Shown piece after piece: positions 54,130 to 63,968 of a DNA stretch of 64,000 nucleotides. The stretch is from Selenomonadaceae bacterium (GTDB lineage: Bacteria; Bacillota; Negativicutes; Selenomonadales; Selenomonadaceae). How positions within the stretch are numbered: position 1 is the first letter of the stretch; each line of letters opens with the position of its first letter. Where the stretch lies: contig JAFWFO010000001.1 of the NCBI GenBank assembly GCA_017515635.1, positions 1,162-65,161 on the forward strand. The letters are read 5' to 3'. The translations under genes were made by a program, and so were the position numbers. The notes under the pieces are model-generated. The model did not search any database and was not told the DNA's origin. It saw nothing but the letters and a program-made list of their open reading frames with translations.

Positions 54130-55635
54130 TTACGTCCGTGAAAATTGGTCTCTCAGAATTACATCGTGACTGCCGCCCTCGACAATGCTGGTCGACGAAA
54201 CCAAAGTCATCCGCGCTTTGTCGCGAAGTTCCGCCAAATTCAATGCGCCGCAGTTGCACATAGTCGAACGAATTTTTGACAGCGTGATATTAACGTTATC
54301 TTTGAGCGTGCCGGCGTAAGGAACGTAAGAGTCAACGCCTTCCTCGAACGAAAGTTTTTTGTCGCCGCCCAAATCGTAACGTTGCCAGTTGCGCGCACGG
54401 TTGGAACCTTCGCCCCAATACTCTTTGTAATACGTGCCGTTGATTCGGATTTTGTCCGTCGGCGATTCGTCGAAGCGCGAAAAATATCTGCCGAGCATGA
54501 GAAAATCCGCGCCCATTGCAAGTGCAAGCGTCATGTGATAATCGTGAACAATGCCGCCGTCGGAGCACACGGGAATATAAATTCCGGTCTCCTTAAAATA
54601 TTCGTCCCGCGCACGACACACGTCGATAACCGCCGTCGCCTGTCCGCGTCCGATGCCTTTCGTTTCGCGTGTAATACAGATTGAGCCGCCGCCGATACCG
54701 ACTTTGACGAAATCCGCGCCCGCCTCCGCCAAAAATCTAAATCCGTCAGCGTCGACGACATTGCCCGCGCCGACTTTGACATCTTCGCCAAATTCGCGGT
54801 GAATGTAATCGAGCGTAATTTTTTGCCATTCGCTGAAACCTTCGGAGCTGTCGATACACAAAACGTCCGCGCCGGCTTTGAGCAACGCGGGAACTCTGTC
54901 AGCGTAGTCGCGAGTGTTTATGCCCGCGCCGACAACGTAACGTTTCCTGCGGTCGATTAATTCAAGCGGATTGGTTTTGTTGTCCGTGTAATCTTTGCGG
55001 AAAACCATGTAGCGCAGACGTTGTTTCTTGTCGACGAGCGGCAACATGTTGAGCTTGTGCTCCCAAATTAAATCGTTCGCCTTCGGGAGAGTGGTTGAAT
55101 CGGCGTCAGCGTAAATTAATTTGTCAAACGGCGTCATAAAAGTTTGAACTTGTTCGTCGCCCGTCATGCGCGTGATTCGATAATCGCGGCTGGTGACGAT
55201 GCCCAAAAGTTTTCCCGTGGGCTTGCCGTCTTCGGTGACCGCCATTGTCGAATGTCCCGTTTCCTGCAACAGCTCCAACATTTCGCGCAACGTCGTTGTC
55301 GGTTTTAAATTCGAGTCGCTGGACACAAAACCCGATTTGTAATTCTTGACGCGGGTAACCATTGCCGCCTGTTCTTTGATCGGTTGCGAGCCGAAAATAA
55401 ACGAAATGCCGCCTTCCTTCGCAAGCGCGATGGCCATCGTGTCATTTGAGACCGACTGCATTATCGCCGAGACAAGCGGAATGTTCAGCGAAAATTTGCA
55501 CTCTTCGCCACGCTTGAACTTGACGAGCGGCGTGGACAAGTCGACGTTTGCGGGAATGCAATCTGTCGACGAATAGCCCGGCACCAACAAATATTCGCCG
55601 AAAGTGTGAGACGGTTCCTTGTAATAAAATGCCAC
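54130..55635 (-). CDS. guaB: IMP dehydrogenase family protein (with CBS pair)
   Basis: The N-terminus is (M)[24 protein letters not shown] pair is present, and the catalytic loop is [16 protein letters not shown] start 55635 lies behind GGGAGGG; the track start is 55737. Confidence 0.88.
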   Translation of the reverse strand: MAFYYKEPSHTFGEYLLVPGYSSTDCIPANVDLSTPLVKFKRGEECKFSLNIPLVSAIMQSVSNDTMAIALAKEGGISFIFGSQPIKEQAAMVTRVKNYKSGFVSSDSNLKPTTTLREMLELLQETGHSTMAVTEDGKPTGKLLGIVTSRDYRITRMTGDEQVQTFMTPFDKLIYADADSTTLPKANDLIWEHKLNMLPLVDKKQRLRYMVFRKDYTDNKTNPLELIDRRKRYVVGAGINTRDYADRVPALLKAGADVLCIDSSEGFSEWQKITLDYIHREFGEDVKVGAGNVVDADGFRFLAEAGADFVKVGIGGGSICITRETKGIGRGQATAVIDVCRARDEYFKETGIYIPVCSDGGIVHDYHMTLALAMGADFLMLGRYFSRFDESPTDKIRINGTYYKEYWGEGSNRARNWQRYDLGGDKKLSFEEGVDSYVPYAGTLKDNVNITLSKIRSTMCNCGALNLAELRDKARMTLVSSTSIVEGGSHDVILRDQFSRT

Positions 55636-55771
55636 TTCAATCCCTCCCGAAAAATCTTTTTCGCTAAATTCGGCGACGGGCGGGATAATTCCTGCGCGGA
55701 AGTTGACGAAAAAATTTTCCGCCGCTTGACGAAACAAATTGCGGTGTTAAAATTTTTCTTCGGTGATTCGG

Positions 55772-56572
55772 ATGTTGCAAAATATAACGTTGGGGCAATT
55801 TTTCCCCGGCAAATCAATACTCCACAAGCTTGACCCGCGCACGAAAATAATTTGCCTGTTCGCGCTGATAGTGTTAATTTTCGCAGTCGACGGTTGGCCT
55901 GCTTATGCGGCGTTGACGGGCGTGACGGTCGCGCTGATTTTTTTGTCGCAAGTGCCGCCGCTCACCGTGATAAAATCCGTCAAGCCGTTGTCGTGGATAA
56001 TTTTATTTACGCTACTGATTCATTTCGTCAGCCACGACGGAGAAGTTCTCGCGAAATTTTTCGTGTTCAAAATCACGGCCGAAGGAATTTTTTACGGCGT
56101 GCAGATAAGTTTGCGATTGGTCTTGCTGATAATTTTGTCGAGCCTGTTGACGTTCACGACTTCGCCGCTGAAATTGACGGACGCGACGGAAAAACTTTTG
56201 TCGCCGCTGGAAAAAATCGGCGTGCCCGCACACGAATTGGCAATGATGATGACAATCGCAATTCGATTCGTGCCGACGTTGCTTGAGGAGACCGACAAAA
56301 TTATCAAGGCGCAAAAATCACGCGGGCTTGACTTTAATTCGGGCGGAGTGGTCACGCGGCTCAAAGCGTTCGTTCCGATTTTGGTGCCGTTATTTCTGTC
56401 GAGTTTTCGGCGTGCGGAAGATTTGGCAATGGCGATGGAGGCGCGCTGTTATCGCGGCGGCGAAGGACGAACACATTTGAAGGCGTTGAAATTTTCGCGT
56501 GCAGATTTTTTGGCGGCGGGCGTGACGATTTTAATTTGCGCGGCGGTCGGAGGTTTAAGTTATGCGGGCTGA
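55772..56572 (+). CDS. ecfT: energy-coupling factor transporter transmembrane subunit EcfT
   Basis: LGQFFPG.S.LHKLDPRTK, a CbiQ-family polytopic layout, and the conserved pair ARG..F/..R....A....A...RG. Confidence 0.85.
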   Translation: MLQNITLGQFFPGKSILHKLDPRTKIICLFALIVLIFAVDGWPAYAALTGVTVALIFLSQVPPLTVIKSVKPLSWIILFTLLIHFVSHDGEVLAKFFVFKITAEGIFYGVQISLRLVLLIILSSLLTFTTSPLKLTDATEKLLSPLEKIGVPAHELAMMMTIAIRFVPTLLEETDKIIKAQKSRGLDFNSGGVVTRLKAFVPILVPLFLSSFRRAEDLAMAMEARCYRGGEGRTHLKALKFSRADFLAAGVTILICAAVGGLSYAG

Positions 56573-57347
56573 AAATAAAGCACAGATGAAATTGCGGCGG
56601 CGAAATATCGCGTTGACGGTCGCTTATGACGGAACAAATTATCACGGCTTCCAGTGGCAAAATCCTCCGCGAATTGCCGTGCAAAACGTTTTGGAAGAAC
56701 GATTGGAAAAAATTTTCGGCGACAAGATTGAATTGGCGGCGTCCGGTCGAACTGATGCGGGCGTCCATGCTTTCGGGCAAGTCGTCAACTTTTTCACGGA
56801 CGGACGAATCGCTGTCGACAAAATTCCGATTGCGGCGCGTTCGGTTTTGCCGGATGATATTGTCGTTCGCGAGGCGCGGGAAGTCGACAAAAATTTCAGC
56901 GCGTTGCACTCGGCGAAGAGCAAAATTTATCTGTATCGAATCTTGCGCGGCGCGGCGTCGAATCCGTTCGTCAATCGGTTTGCGTGGCACATTTTCCGCC
57001 CGCTTGAAGTTGAGCCGATGCGCGAAGTTTTGAGCCTGTTGGTCGGCACGCATGATTTTTCGTCGTTCAAATCGGCAAGCAATGTTCAAAGAGACCCCGT
57101 GCGAGAAATTTTGGCGGCGGAAATTTTTAACGAAGAATTTTTCGGTAGCGAAGTGCTCACGATAAAAATTCACGCGACGGGATTTTTATATCACATGGCG
57201 CGAAATATCGTTGCGGCGGTCGTCGAAGTCGGGCGAAATCGTTGGAGCGTCGAAGATTTCAAAAAAGTTTTCGCCGCCCGTGACAGGTCGCTTGTTCCCG
57301 CAACTGCGCCCGCCTGCGGTTTGTGTCTGCAAAAAGTTTTCTATTAA
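56562..57347 (+). CDS. truA: tRNA pseudouridine(38-40) synthase
   Basis: YDGT.YHGFQ.Q and SGRTDAGVHA (catalytic Asp). The alternative start is ATG 56586. Confidence 0.92.
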   Translation: MRAENKAQMKLRRRNIALTVAYDGTNYHGFQWQNPPRIAVQNVLEERLEKIFGDKIELAASGRTDAGVHAFGQVVNFFTDGRIAVDKIPIAARSVLPDDIVVREAREVDKNFSALHSAKSKIYLYRILRGAASNPFVNRFAWHIFRPLEVEPMREVLSLLVGTHDFSSFKSASNVQRDPVREILAAEIFNEEFFGSEVLTIKIHATGFLYHMARNIVAAVVEVGRNRWSVEDFKKVFAARDRSLVPATAPACGLCLQKVFY

Positions 57348-57396
57348 AAAATCCCGTCGAGGTTATCGGCGGGAAATTTTTTCGCGAAAATTATTG

Positions 57397-58653
57397 TCAG
57401 CCGTTTTTCAGCTCGTCAAATTTGGCAAGCGCGTCGGAAAATCTTTTTTCAACGTCGCTGAGCAAATACAAGCCGTCAGAATTCGTCTGCAAGCCTTTCA
57501 AGCGCAACGGATAAATTTTCGGCGGATTTTCAAGCGTGAACGGCGACAAATTTTTAATCTGCGCGTCGCTCATGTAAACAAAATTCAACGAAACGTAATC
57601 TTGACCGTCTGAAATATTTTTCCAGCGTTCGATAAGAATTTTCCCGCCAATCGGCGTGCGATACTCGACAGTTTCGGGCAACGAATAATCTTCGACGTTC
57701 AAGACCGACAAAATTTCGTTGATGTTCGAGTCGTGACCGCAGACAAACGAAAATTTTCTGTCGCTTGCAAGTTCGTCGCTCAAAAATTTCATCAGCGGTT
57801 GCGAAACGTTCACCGCAATATTTTCGATGCCGATCATGCCGATAGAAAATTCTTTGACGTTGCCGATTTGGTGCCATTGCTTGTCGCTCAATTTTTTCCC
57901 GAACGCCGCGCCTGTTTCGTAATATTGCATAATCAGCGCGTCGGCGGAGGAGTAAATCGGCAACATTGAACCGCGAAACACCGGAGTTTTGTCAAGCTCC
58001 AAAATAAATTCGGTGGCATTCGTGCTCATTGAAGTTTCGCCCGTTTTTCTCGCGTAACGGGAATTTTTGAAGTCCAGAACGTTTTCGAGGAGCGCGATTT
58101 CATTTTTCAAATTCGACCCCGTAAGGCGCAAATCTTCGACGCCGCAATATTCCTTAAGACTTTTCGTCACGTCGGCAAGATATTTTTCGTTCATGAAATT
58201 AAATTTCGCGTTGAAAACGTCATCCCAATTTCCGAGCGGCAAGGCGTGTTCGATTTCGACATTCGCGACGGGCAAAAGTCCGCTTGAAAAATATTTCGCG
58301 GTCGCAACCGTGCGTTGAATCGAATTCGCATAAAATCTGAACTCGCCGGCAGTCGGCTGATAATTTTCCGTCATGAAATTTTCGTCGACAAGATACTTGC
58401 GAAAATATTGCCCCAGCGAAGTTTCAAGCAGTCCGCCGCGCAGTGAAAGTTCGCCCGAAGCCGCCGTCCACTTAAACCATTTTTGCGGCGTCAAATCTCG
58501 CGTTCTGTCGATATTCGGCGAACGGATGTTGTGGCGGCTGAAAATCAAAACTTTGTCGAGCTGATAATTTTCGCCGAATTTTTTTGCCTCGACTGTCACG
58601 AACGACGAAATTATCACCGCGACAACCAAAAGCGTCAGAAAAAATTTTTTCAT
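57397..58653 (-). CDS. secreted histidine-type acid phosphatase (branch 2; Agp/AppA-like)
   Basis: A signal peptide, RHNIRSP (the RHGxRxP motif) and the C-terminal GHDSN (HD motif). Confidence 0.8.
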   Translation of the reverse strand: MKKFFLTLLVVAVIISSFVTVEAKKFGENYQLDKVLIFSRHNIRSPNIDRTRDLTPQKWFKWTAASGELSLRGGLLETSLGQYFRKYLVDENFMTENYQPTAGEFRFYANSIQRTVATAKYFSSGLLPVANVEIEHALPLGNWDDVFNAKFNFMNEKYLADVTKSLKEYCGVEDLRLTGSNLKNEIALLENVLDFKNSRYARKTGETSMSTNATEFILELDKTPVFRGSMLPIYSSADALIMQYYETGAAFGKKLSDKQWHQIGNVKEFSIGMIGIENIAVNVSQPLMKFLSDELASDRKFSFVCGHDSNINEILSVLNVEDYSLPETVEYRTPIGGKILIERWKNISDGQDYVSLNFVYMSDAQIKNLSPFTLENPPKIYPLRLKGLQTNSDGLYLLSDVEKRFSDALAKFDELKNG

Positions 58654-58684
58654 GTGCAAACCTCACTTCACGAAAATTTTTGAA

Positions 58685-59347
58685 TCAATTTTTCATTGCG
58701 CGTTCAAAGTTCGCAATCGCGGCGGCCGTCCCGATGACAAAAATTTTATCGCCCTCAACAAAAATTCGTTTCGGCGGCGGCGTCACGAGAGTTTCTCCGT
58801 TTTTCGCGACAATCGCGGCGATATTCACGTTGTAAGTTCCGCGCAGATTCGCTTCGATAATATTTTTCCCGACAAATTGTTTCGGAATCGTCAAGCTCAA
58901 AATATTTATGCCCACGTCAACGCTTATGAAGTCAACCGAATTCGTCGAAACCAAACTCATTGCCACGCGCCGCGCAGTGTCACGTTCGGAAAAAATTATC
59001 TGCGTTGCACCGAGTCGCCGCGCCATTTCGGCATGACGTTCGTCAATCGCTTTAACGACAATTTCCGAAACGTTCATTTCTTTGCAAAGCATCGTTGCCA
59101 TCAAACTTGCTTCAAGATTTTTCGACGCGATAATAACCGTGTCGAAATTTTCAATGCCGGCCTCTTCAAGGGCGCGCACGTCGCGAATGTCAAAACTCAC
59201 GACGCGAGTCAAACTTTCGGACAGTTGATCGATAACATTTTCGTCTTTGTCGACGCCGAGCACGTCATAGCCCATTTCTTCGAGCGTCAAGGCAACGTTC
59301 CTGCCGAAACGTCCCAGCCCGAATACCGCAAAATTTTTTTTCGCCAA
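58685..59347 (-). CDS. trkA: K+ uptake system NAD-binding subunit (TrkA/KtrA)
   Basis: FAVFGLGRFG Rossmann motif, with RCK_N and RCK_C layout, 220 aa. Confidence 0.88.
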   Translation of the reverse strand: MAKKNFAVFGLGRFGRNVALTLEEMGYDVLGVDKDENVIDQLSESLTRVVSFDIRDVRALEEAGIENFDTVIIASKNLEASLMATMLCKEMNVSEIVVKAIDERHAEMARRLGATQIIFSERDTARRVAMSLVSTNSVDFISVDVGINILSLTIPKQFVGKNIIEANLRGTYNVNIAAIVAKNGETLVTPPPKRIFVEGDKIFVIGTAAAIANFERAMKN

Positions 59348-59358
59348 AATTTTTCACC

Positions 59359-60750
59359 TCAGCCAATCATAATATCTTCGGGCGGATATTTTATCCGATT
59401 TTCGTGTTGCGTAATGAGCGACAACATAAACGTCATGATTCCGACCCTGCCGACGAGCATTGTCAACACGAGAATTAATTTTCCCCAATCATCCCATTCG
59501 GAAGTTACGCCGACGCCCATTCCAACCGTCGCGAAAGCCGAAACCGTCTCGAAAAGCACATGGGTGAGTTTGTGAACTTCGCCGTCAATCGCCGACAAAA
59601 TCATTGCCGCCGTTACAACCCAAATCGTGCCCATTGTGAAGATTGCGAACGCCTGATCGCGGATTTTATCGGAAATTCGCCGCCCGAAAACGACAATATC
59701 ATCTTTGCCGCGAAAAACCGCCCACATCGACATAACGATAACAAAAAATGTCGTGCTCTTGATTCCGCCGCCGGTTGACAGCGGAGCCGCGCCGATAAAC
59801 ATCAGCAAAATCATCGTCAGCATCGTAATTTGTTCCGCCTCATTCAAAACGAAAGTATTCATGCCCGCCGTCCTGCAAGAAACGGACGTGAAAACCGATT
59901 GCGCAATTTGTTCGCTCAACGGCAAACCTTCCAGCGTGTACGGATTTAAACTTTCGACCGCGAAAATCACCGCGCCGCCGATAAAAACCAGCGCAAAATT
60001 CATGACGATAACAATTTTTGTGTGCAGAGAAAATTTTTTCCACTTGCGGCGGTGAATCACGTCATAAATTACGGTAAAGCCCGTGTTGCCCAAAAGAATC
60101 AGCGAACCGATACACGTCAGCAGAAAAAAATCATCTCCGCGCCCGCAAAGACTGTCATAGTTGCCGAACAAGTCAAAGCCCGCGTTGCAAAATGACGAGA
60201 CCGAGTGGAAAATTCCGTAACCGACGGCATTGATCGCGCCAAATTCGGGCACGAAATGAATCGTCAGCAACACGGCGAAAAATCCTTCAATCACGAACGT
60301 ATATTTGATTATTCGAGCGATTAAAGTGACCAAACCCGCCTGCGAACGTTGATTCAGCGACTCTTGCAAAATCAAAGTTTCTTTAAGCCGAAAACGATAG
60401 CCCATTGTGTGAATTACGAGCGTCGCCAACGTCATTATGCCGAGCCCGCCGATTTGAATCAAAATCACCATAACGACTTGCCCGAACAAAGTTAAATCGT
60501 TGTGCACGTCGACGACCGTCAAGCCGACCACGCACGAGGCGGACGTTGCGACAAAAAGCGCGTCAAAAAAATTCAAGCCGAGATTGTTCGTCGTGCTTAT
60601 CGGCAACATTAAAAAAAAAGTCCCGATTACAACCATCAAGACAAAACTCAAAATAATTATTTGAGTCGGCTTCATTCGGAAAGTTTTTTGCAGACGCGAA
60701 CCATCAAATTTTTTTTCGAGCTTTAAAATCCCCATTGATTGTCCTTTCAC
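59359..60750 (-). CDS. trkH: K+ transporter membrane subunit (TrkH/KtrB family)
   Basis: Polytopic, with repeated pore-loop-like GF/GL segments (CNAGF, TGGG..). The start is uncertain (GTG 60750, ATG 60735 or ATG 60675). Confidence 0.85.
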   Translation of the reverse strand: MKGQSMGILKLEKKFDGSRLQKTFRMKPTQIIILSFVLMVVIGTFFLMLPISTTNNLGLNFFDALFVATSASCVVGLTVVDVHNDLTLFGQVVMVILIQIGGLGIMTLATLVIHTMGYRFRLKETLILQESLNQRSQAGLVTLIARIIKYTFVIEGFFAVLLTIHFVPEFGAINAVGYGIFHSVSSFCNAGFDLFGNYDSLCGRGDDFFLLTCIGSLILLGNTGFTVIYDVIHRRKWKKFSLHTKIVIVMNFALVFIGGAVIFAVESLNPYTLEGLPLSEQIAQSVFTSVSCRTAGMNTFVLNEAEQITMLTMILLMFIGAAPLSTGGGIKSTTFFVIVMSMWAVFRGKDDIVVFGRRISDKIRDQAFAIFTMGTIWVVTAAMILSAIDGEVHKLTHVLFETVSAFATVGMGVGVTSEWDDWGKLILVLTMLVGRVGIMTFMLSLITQHENRIKYPPEDIMIG

Positions 60751-60765
60751 TTCAAAATTTCGTAA

Positions 60766-61956
60766 TCATTTCATGCGCAACGAATTCGCCAAAATTATCG
60801 CGGCGAAAATTGCGACGCCCGCAACGGACGCCAACGGATGCCACGGCAACGGCGAATTTTCCAGCGCGGAAACGACTGCGGGCGGCACCAAAATTACCCA
60901 CGACGCCAATGCCAGCCGCCGATTGAGTTTCAGGACGCTGATAACTTTTCGGGCGATTGAGTACACCGCCAAAAATTTTTCGAGCGACGGAATTTCAAAG
61001 TCGATTTTTATTTCGTTCAGCTCTTCGGGATTCAACGAGCCGTCCGCCAGCAAAAATGAAACGTCCGCATTAATCATCGCGGGCAAGTCATGAAATTCGT
61101 TTCCGACGGCGGCAACGATATTTCCCTTGGCGCGGAAAATTTGAACTTCGCGGGCTTTACCTTCGGGCGTCAAATTTGTGCGCACGTGATTTAACGGAAA
61201 ATCTTTCGACAGACGACTTGCCATTTTTTTCGGCGCGGCAGTCAAAAGCAACGTTTCAATTTTGCGCAACTGCAACGCCGCCAAAAATTTTCTCGCATCT
61301 TCGTTCAAGTCGTCTTTGAGCGCAATAATTCCGCGTGCAACTTGATTCATGCTGAAAAGCAAAACCGTTTTGCCTTTGACGACGAGTTGATCAATTTTCG
61401 TGCGCAAATTCGCGCTGACGGTGGCGCCTTGACTTTCAACCCATGCGGGGTGACCGACGCGCACCAAAGTTCCCGTGACGTTTGCTTCAACGCCGCGACC
61501 TGCCAATTCCCGAAAATTTGTCGAGCCTTGCAAACGCAATGCACGATGAGCCGCCGTGTCGTAAATCGTGCGTCCCAAAAGATGTTGGGCGTCGCGTTCG
61601 GCACTTGCGGCGATTGTGAGCAACGCGGCCTGCGAAAGACCTTCCGGCACCAAATCCGTCACGTAACATTCTCCGCACGTCAAAATTCGGTTGTACGGCA
61701 GGGCGAAAACATTCACGTCCGCCAAAGTTTTCAGCGCGGCAGGATTGTTAATCGTTACACCCGCTTCGGCAATTTTTCTGCCGGCAAGATAAAGCGTGAA
61801 CGGCGCGGCAAGTACAAGACATATCGGCGAAAACGCGATAAAGACCGACAGTCCGACCATGAACGCTTCATCAAGTCCACGCGTCATGAAAACGTAGCCG
61901 CCGACTGCCGCCGTTGCCAGCACGTCCAGAAACAGAAGTAAAATTATTTTTTTCAT
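60766..61956 (-). CDS. truncated, catalytically degenerate P1B-type ATPase-like membrane protein
   Basis: Colinear with TM6 to the C-terminus of heavy-metal ATPases. CPC is replaced by SPIC, DKTGT by PYNRI, and GDGIND by GNEFHD. The actuator and metal-binding domains are absent. Confidence 0.65.
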   Translation of the reverse strand: MKKIILLLFLDVLATAAVGGYVFMTRGLDEAFMVGLSVFIAFSPICLVLAAPFTLYLAGRKIAEAGVTINNPAALKTLADVNVFALPYNRILTCGECYVTDLVPEGLSQAALLTIAASAERDAQHLLGRTIYDTAAHRALRLQGSTNFRELAGRGVEANVTGTLVRVGHPAWVESQGATVSANLRTKIDQLVVKGKTVLLFSMNQVARGIIALKDDLNEDARKFLAALQLRKIETLLLTAAPKKMASRLSKDFPLNHVRTNLTPEGKAREVQIFRAKGNIVAAVGNEFHDLPAMINADVSFLLADGSLNPEELNEIKIDFEIPSLEKFLAVYSIARKVISVLKLNRRLALASWVILVPPAVVSALENSPLPWHPLASVAGVAIFAAIILANSLRMK

Positions 61957-61957
61957 G

Positions 61958-62923
61958 TCAGTTGACGACGTTGACGGGCTTGCCCGCCAGAAAAGCTTTA
62001 ACATTTTCGACGGCGATATTCATCAGACGCACGCGGGATTCTTTCGGTGCCCAGCTGATATGCGGCGTGATGAAACAATTTTTTGCGCCCAAAAGCGGAT
62101 TGTCGGCTTTAATCGGTTCAGCCGACACAACGTCAACGCCCGCCGCGTAAACTTTGCCGCTGTCGAGAGCGTCGCGCAAATCCTGTTCGACAACCAAACC
62201 GCCGCGCCCGTTGTTGATGATTATGACGCCGTCTTTCATCTTCGCGATATTTTCTTTGCAGATAATTCCCTGCGTCGACGGGAACAACGGACAATGCAAG
62301 GCAATAACGTCCGAAGTTTTAAAAAGTTCGTCAAGCTCCACGAATGAACAATCGCCCAATTTCGTACCGATTTCACGATGAGGAGCGAACGCGATAACTT
62401 TCATGCCGAACGCTTGAGCAAGTTTGCCCGTGGTTTGACCGATTCGCCCGTAACCGATAATGCCAATCGTCTTGCCCGCAAGCTCAATCAGCGGATGTTC
62501 CCAAAAACAAAAATCGGCGGAACTTTCCCAACGCCCCGCATGAACGGCCGCGCTGTGGTCGCCGACACGACTGCAAATTTCCAAAAGCAACGCGAACGCA
62601 AATTGTGCGGCGGCTTGCGTGCTGTAGTTCGGGACGTTCGTAACGGGAATATTTTTTTCGCGAGCGGCTTGCACGTCGACAACGTTATAGCCCGTTGCCA
62701 AAACTCCAACGTAGCGAATACTTTTACAGGCGTCGAAAATATTTTTCGTTATCGGCGTTTTATTCGTGATGATAATCTGCGCGTCGCCGATACGCGAAAT
62801 AATTTCCGCTTCGTCGGTTAAACTTGTGCGGTCGTAGATTTTGCATTCGCCGAGCGCGTTAAAGCCGTCCCAGCTCAAATCGCCGGGGTTGAGCGTGTAT
62901 CCGTCCAAAACAACAATTTTCAT
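61958..62923 (-). CDS. D-isomer-specific 2-hydroxyacid dehydrogenase (glycerate dehydrogenase-like)
   Basis: GIIGYGRIGQ NAD motif, with R..., E... and H catalytic spacing (FITPHISW). Confidence 0.88.
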   Translation of the reverse strand: MKIVVLDGYTLNPGDLSWDGFNALGECKIYDRTSLTDEAEIISRIGDAQIIITNKTPITKNIFDACKSIRYVGVLATGYNVVDVQAAREKNIPVTNVPNYSTQAAAQFAFALLLEICSRVGDHSAAVHAGRWESSADFCFWEHPLIELAGKTIGIIGYGRIGQTTGKLAQAFGMKVIAFAPHREIGTKLGDCSFVELDELFKTSDVIALHCPLFPSTQGIICKENIAKMKDGVIIINNGRGGLVVEQDLRDALDSGKVYAAGVDVVSAEPIKADNPLLGAKNCFITPHISWAPKESRVRLMNIAVENVKAFLAGKPVNVVN

Positions 62924-62940
62924 GCGGCAACCTCCAATCA

Positions 62941-63016
62941 GTGAGGAGTTTGAAGTTAGGAGTTAGGAGTTAATCTCGTCTTAATTCCTAATTCCTAATT
63001 CCAAATTCCTAACTCA
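62941..63016 (-). repeat. AATTAGG heptamer-repeat hairpin (same element as in the FMN riboswitch loop)
   Basis: The minus strand reads GAGTTAGGAATTTGGAATTAGGAATTAGGAATTA-loop-AACTCCTAACTCCTAACTTCAAACTCCTCAC. The TAG stop of the upstream gene lies in the first unit. Confidence 0.85.
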
Positions 63017-63968
63017 TAATTGCTTTATCGACGCCCGTCTCGTCGAAAGTTTTCATTTCGTTTAACATGGTCAATGCCGCTTCGACAATCTCGACGCCCG
63101 CGCAGGATGCCTCGCCGTCAAAACCATTAGGCGTGCCGTCGTCGGACTCATAAACAATCAGCCTGTCGACGCGCAAAATGAACGGGCGAATTTCGGGACA
63201 AATTTTTTCCATGTAGCGGGCAATGATGTCCGCCGCGCCCGTGTCGACGACAATCAACGTGGAATTATGCGCCGCCGCGACAAGTGCCCCGATAATCGCG
63301 CCGGTCATTGCCTGATAATTTTTCGGGACGTGACGCAAAAATTCTTCGGGCGGGAATTTTAAATCGCCGTCGGGCGTCAACAACGCGTCGTAAAATTTTT
63401 CGGCAAGTCTGTCCTCCAAAAGGTTACCCAAATCCGTGAGCGCAAGAATCGGCGTTTCAAAAGAAATTTCTTCGGCAAGGTTGCGTCCGAAATTGAACGC
63501 GGCATTTAAATTTTCTTCGGGATTGATGACGCCCAAAAAAATTTTCATGCCGAAAGTTCGAGTCGTCGCGCTGAAATCCATTGCCAAATCACGGCGACCG
63601 CCCTTCACGTTGGGATTGTAATTTTCGTCGGTGAATGACGGGCAGTTTTCAAAATTCGTGAAGGCAAGCGCGGCATGACGCAATTTGTTCGTCGGACAAT
63701 CTTCGTTGGAAATTCCCGCCGCCTGCACTGCAATTTCTTCGAGATAACCCAAACTTCCACGCGGCTTTGTCAAGTTGTCGATAAGTTCGCGGCAATTTTT
63801 CATTGCACGGTCGTTGAGTTTCGGCATCGTCTGCAGATAAAAATTAAAAGTTCTGTCGGTCGCGACAACACGGTCGTCGTCGTCCTCGCCCATGACGCGC
63901 ACAGCCATCGGATAAGCGCGGGGAATGTTCATTTTGTTCGTGTCGAACGGCAATTCAATGCTGTCCAT
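63009..63968 (-). CDS. CobT-like (nicotinate-nucleotide--dimethylbenzimidazole phosphoribosyltransferase family) protein
   Basis: LTKPRGSLGYLEEIAVQAAGI matches the CobT KPxGSLGxLE signature. The reading frame stays open upstream to the window edge, so the true start may lie beyond 64000. The ORF ends in TAG. Confidence 0.65.
   Translation of the reverse strand: MDSIELPFDTNKMNIPRAYPMAVRVMGEDDDDRVVATDRTFNFYLQTMPKLNDRAMKNCRELIDNLTKPRGSLGYLEEIAVQAAGISNEDCPTNKLRHAALAFTNFENCPSFTDENYNPNVKGGRRDLAMDFSATTRTFGMKIFLGVINPEENLNAAFNFGRNLAEEISFETPILALTDLGNLLEDRLAEKFYDALLTPDGDLKFPPEEFLRHVPKNYQAMTGAIIGALVAAAHNSTLIVVDTGAADIIARYMEKICPEIRPFILRVDRLIVYESDDGTPNGFDGEASCAGVEIVEAALTMLNEMKTFDETGVDKAIMS

Noticed and set aside
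58652-59575. A 307-aa plus-strand ORF across trkA and the trkH end.
   Set aside because: It is antisense to two well-supported K+ uptake genes, and its translation is Arg/Phe/Asn-rich and low in complexity.
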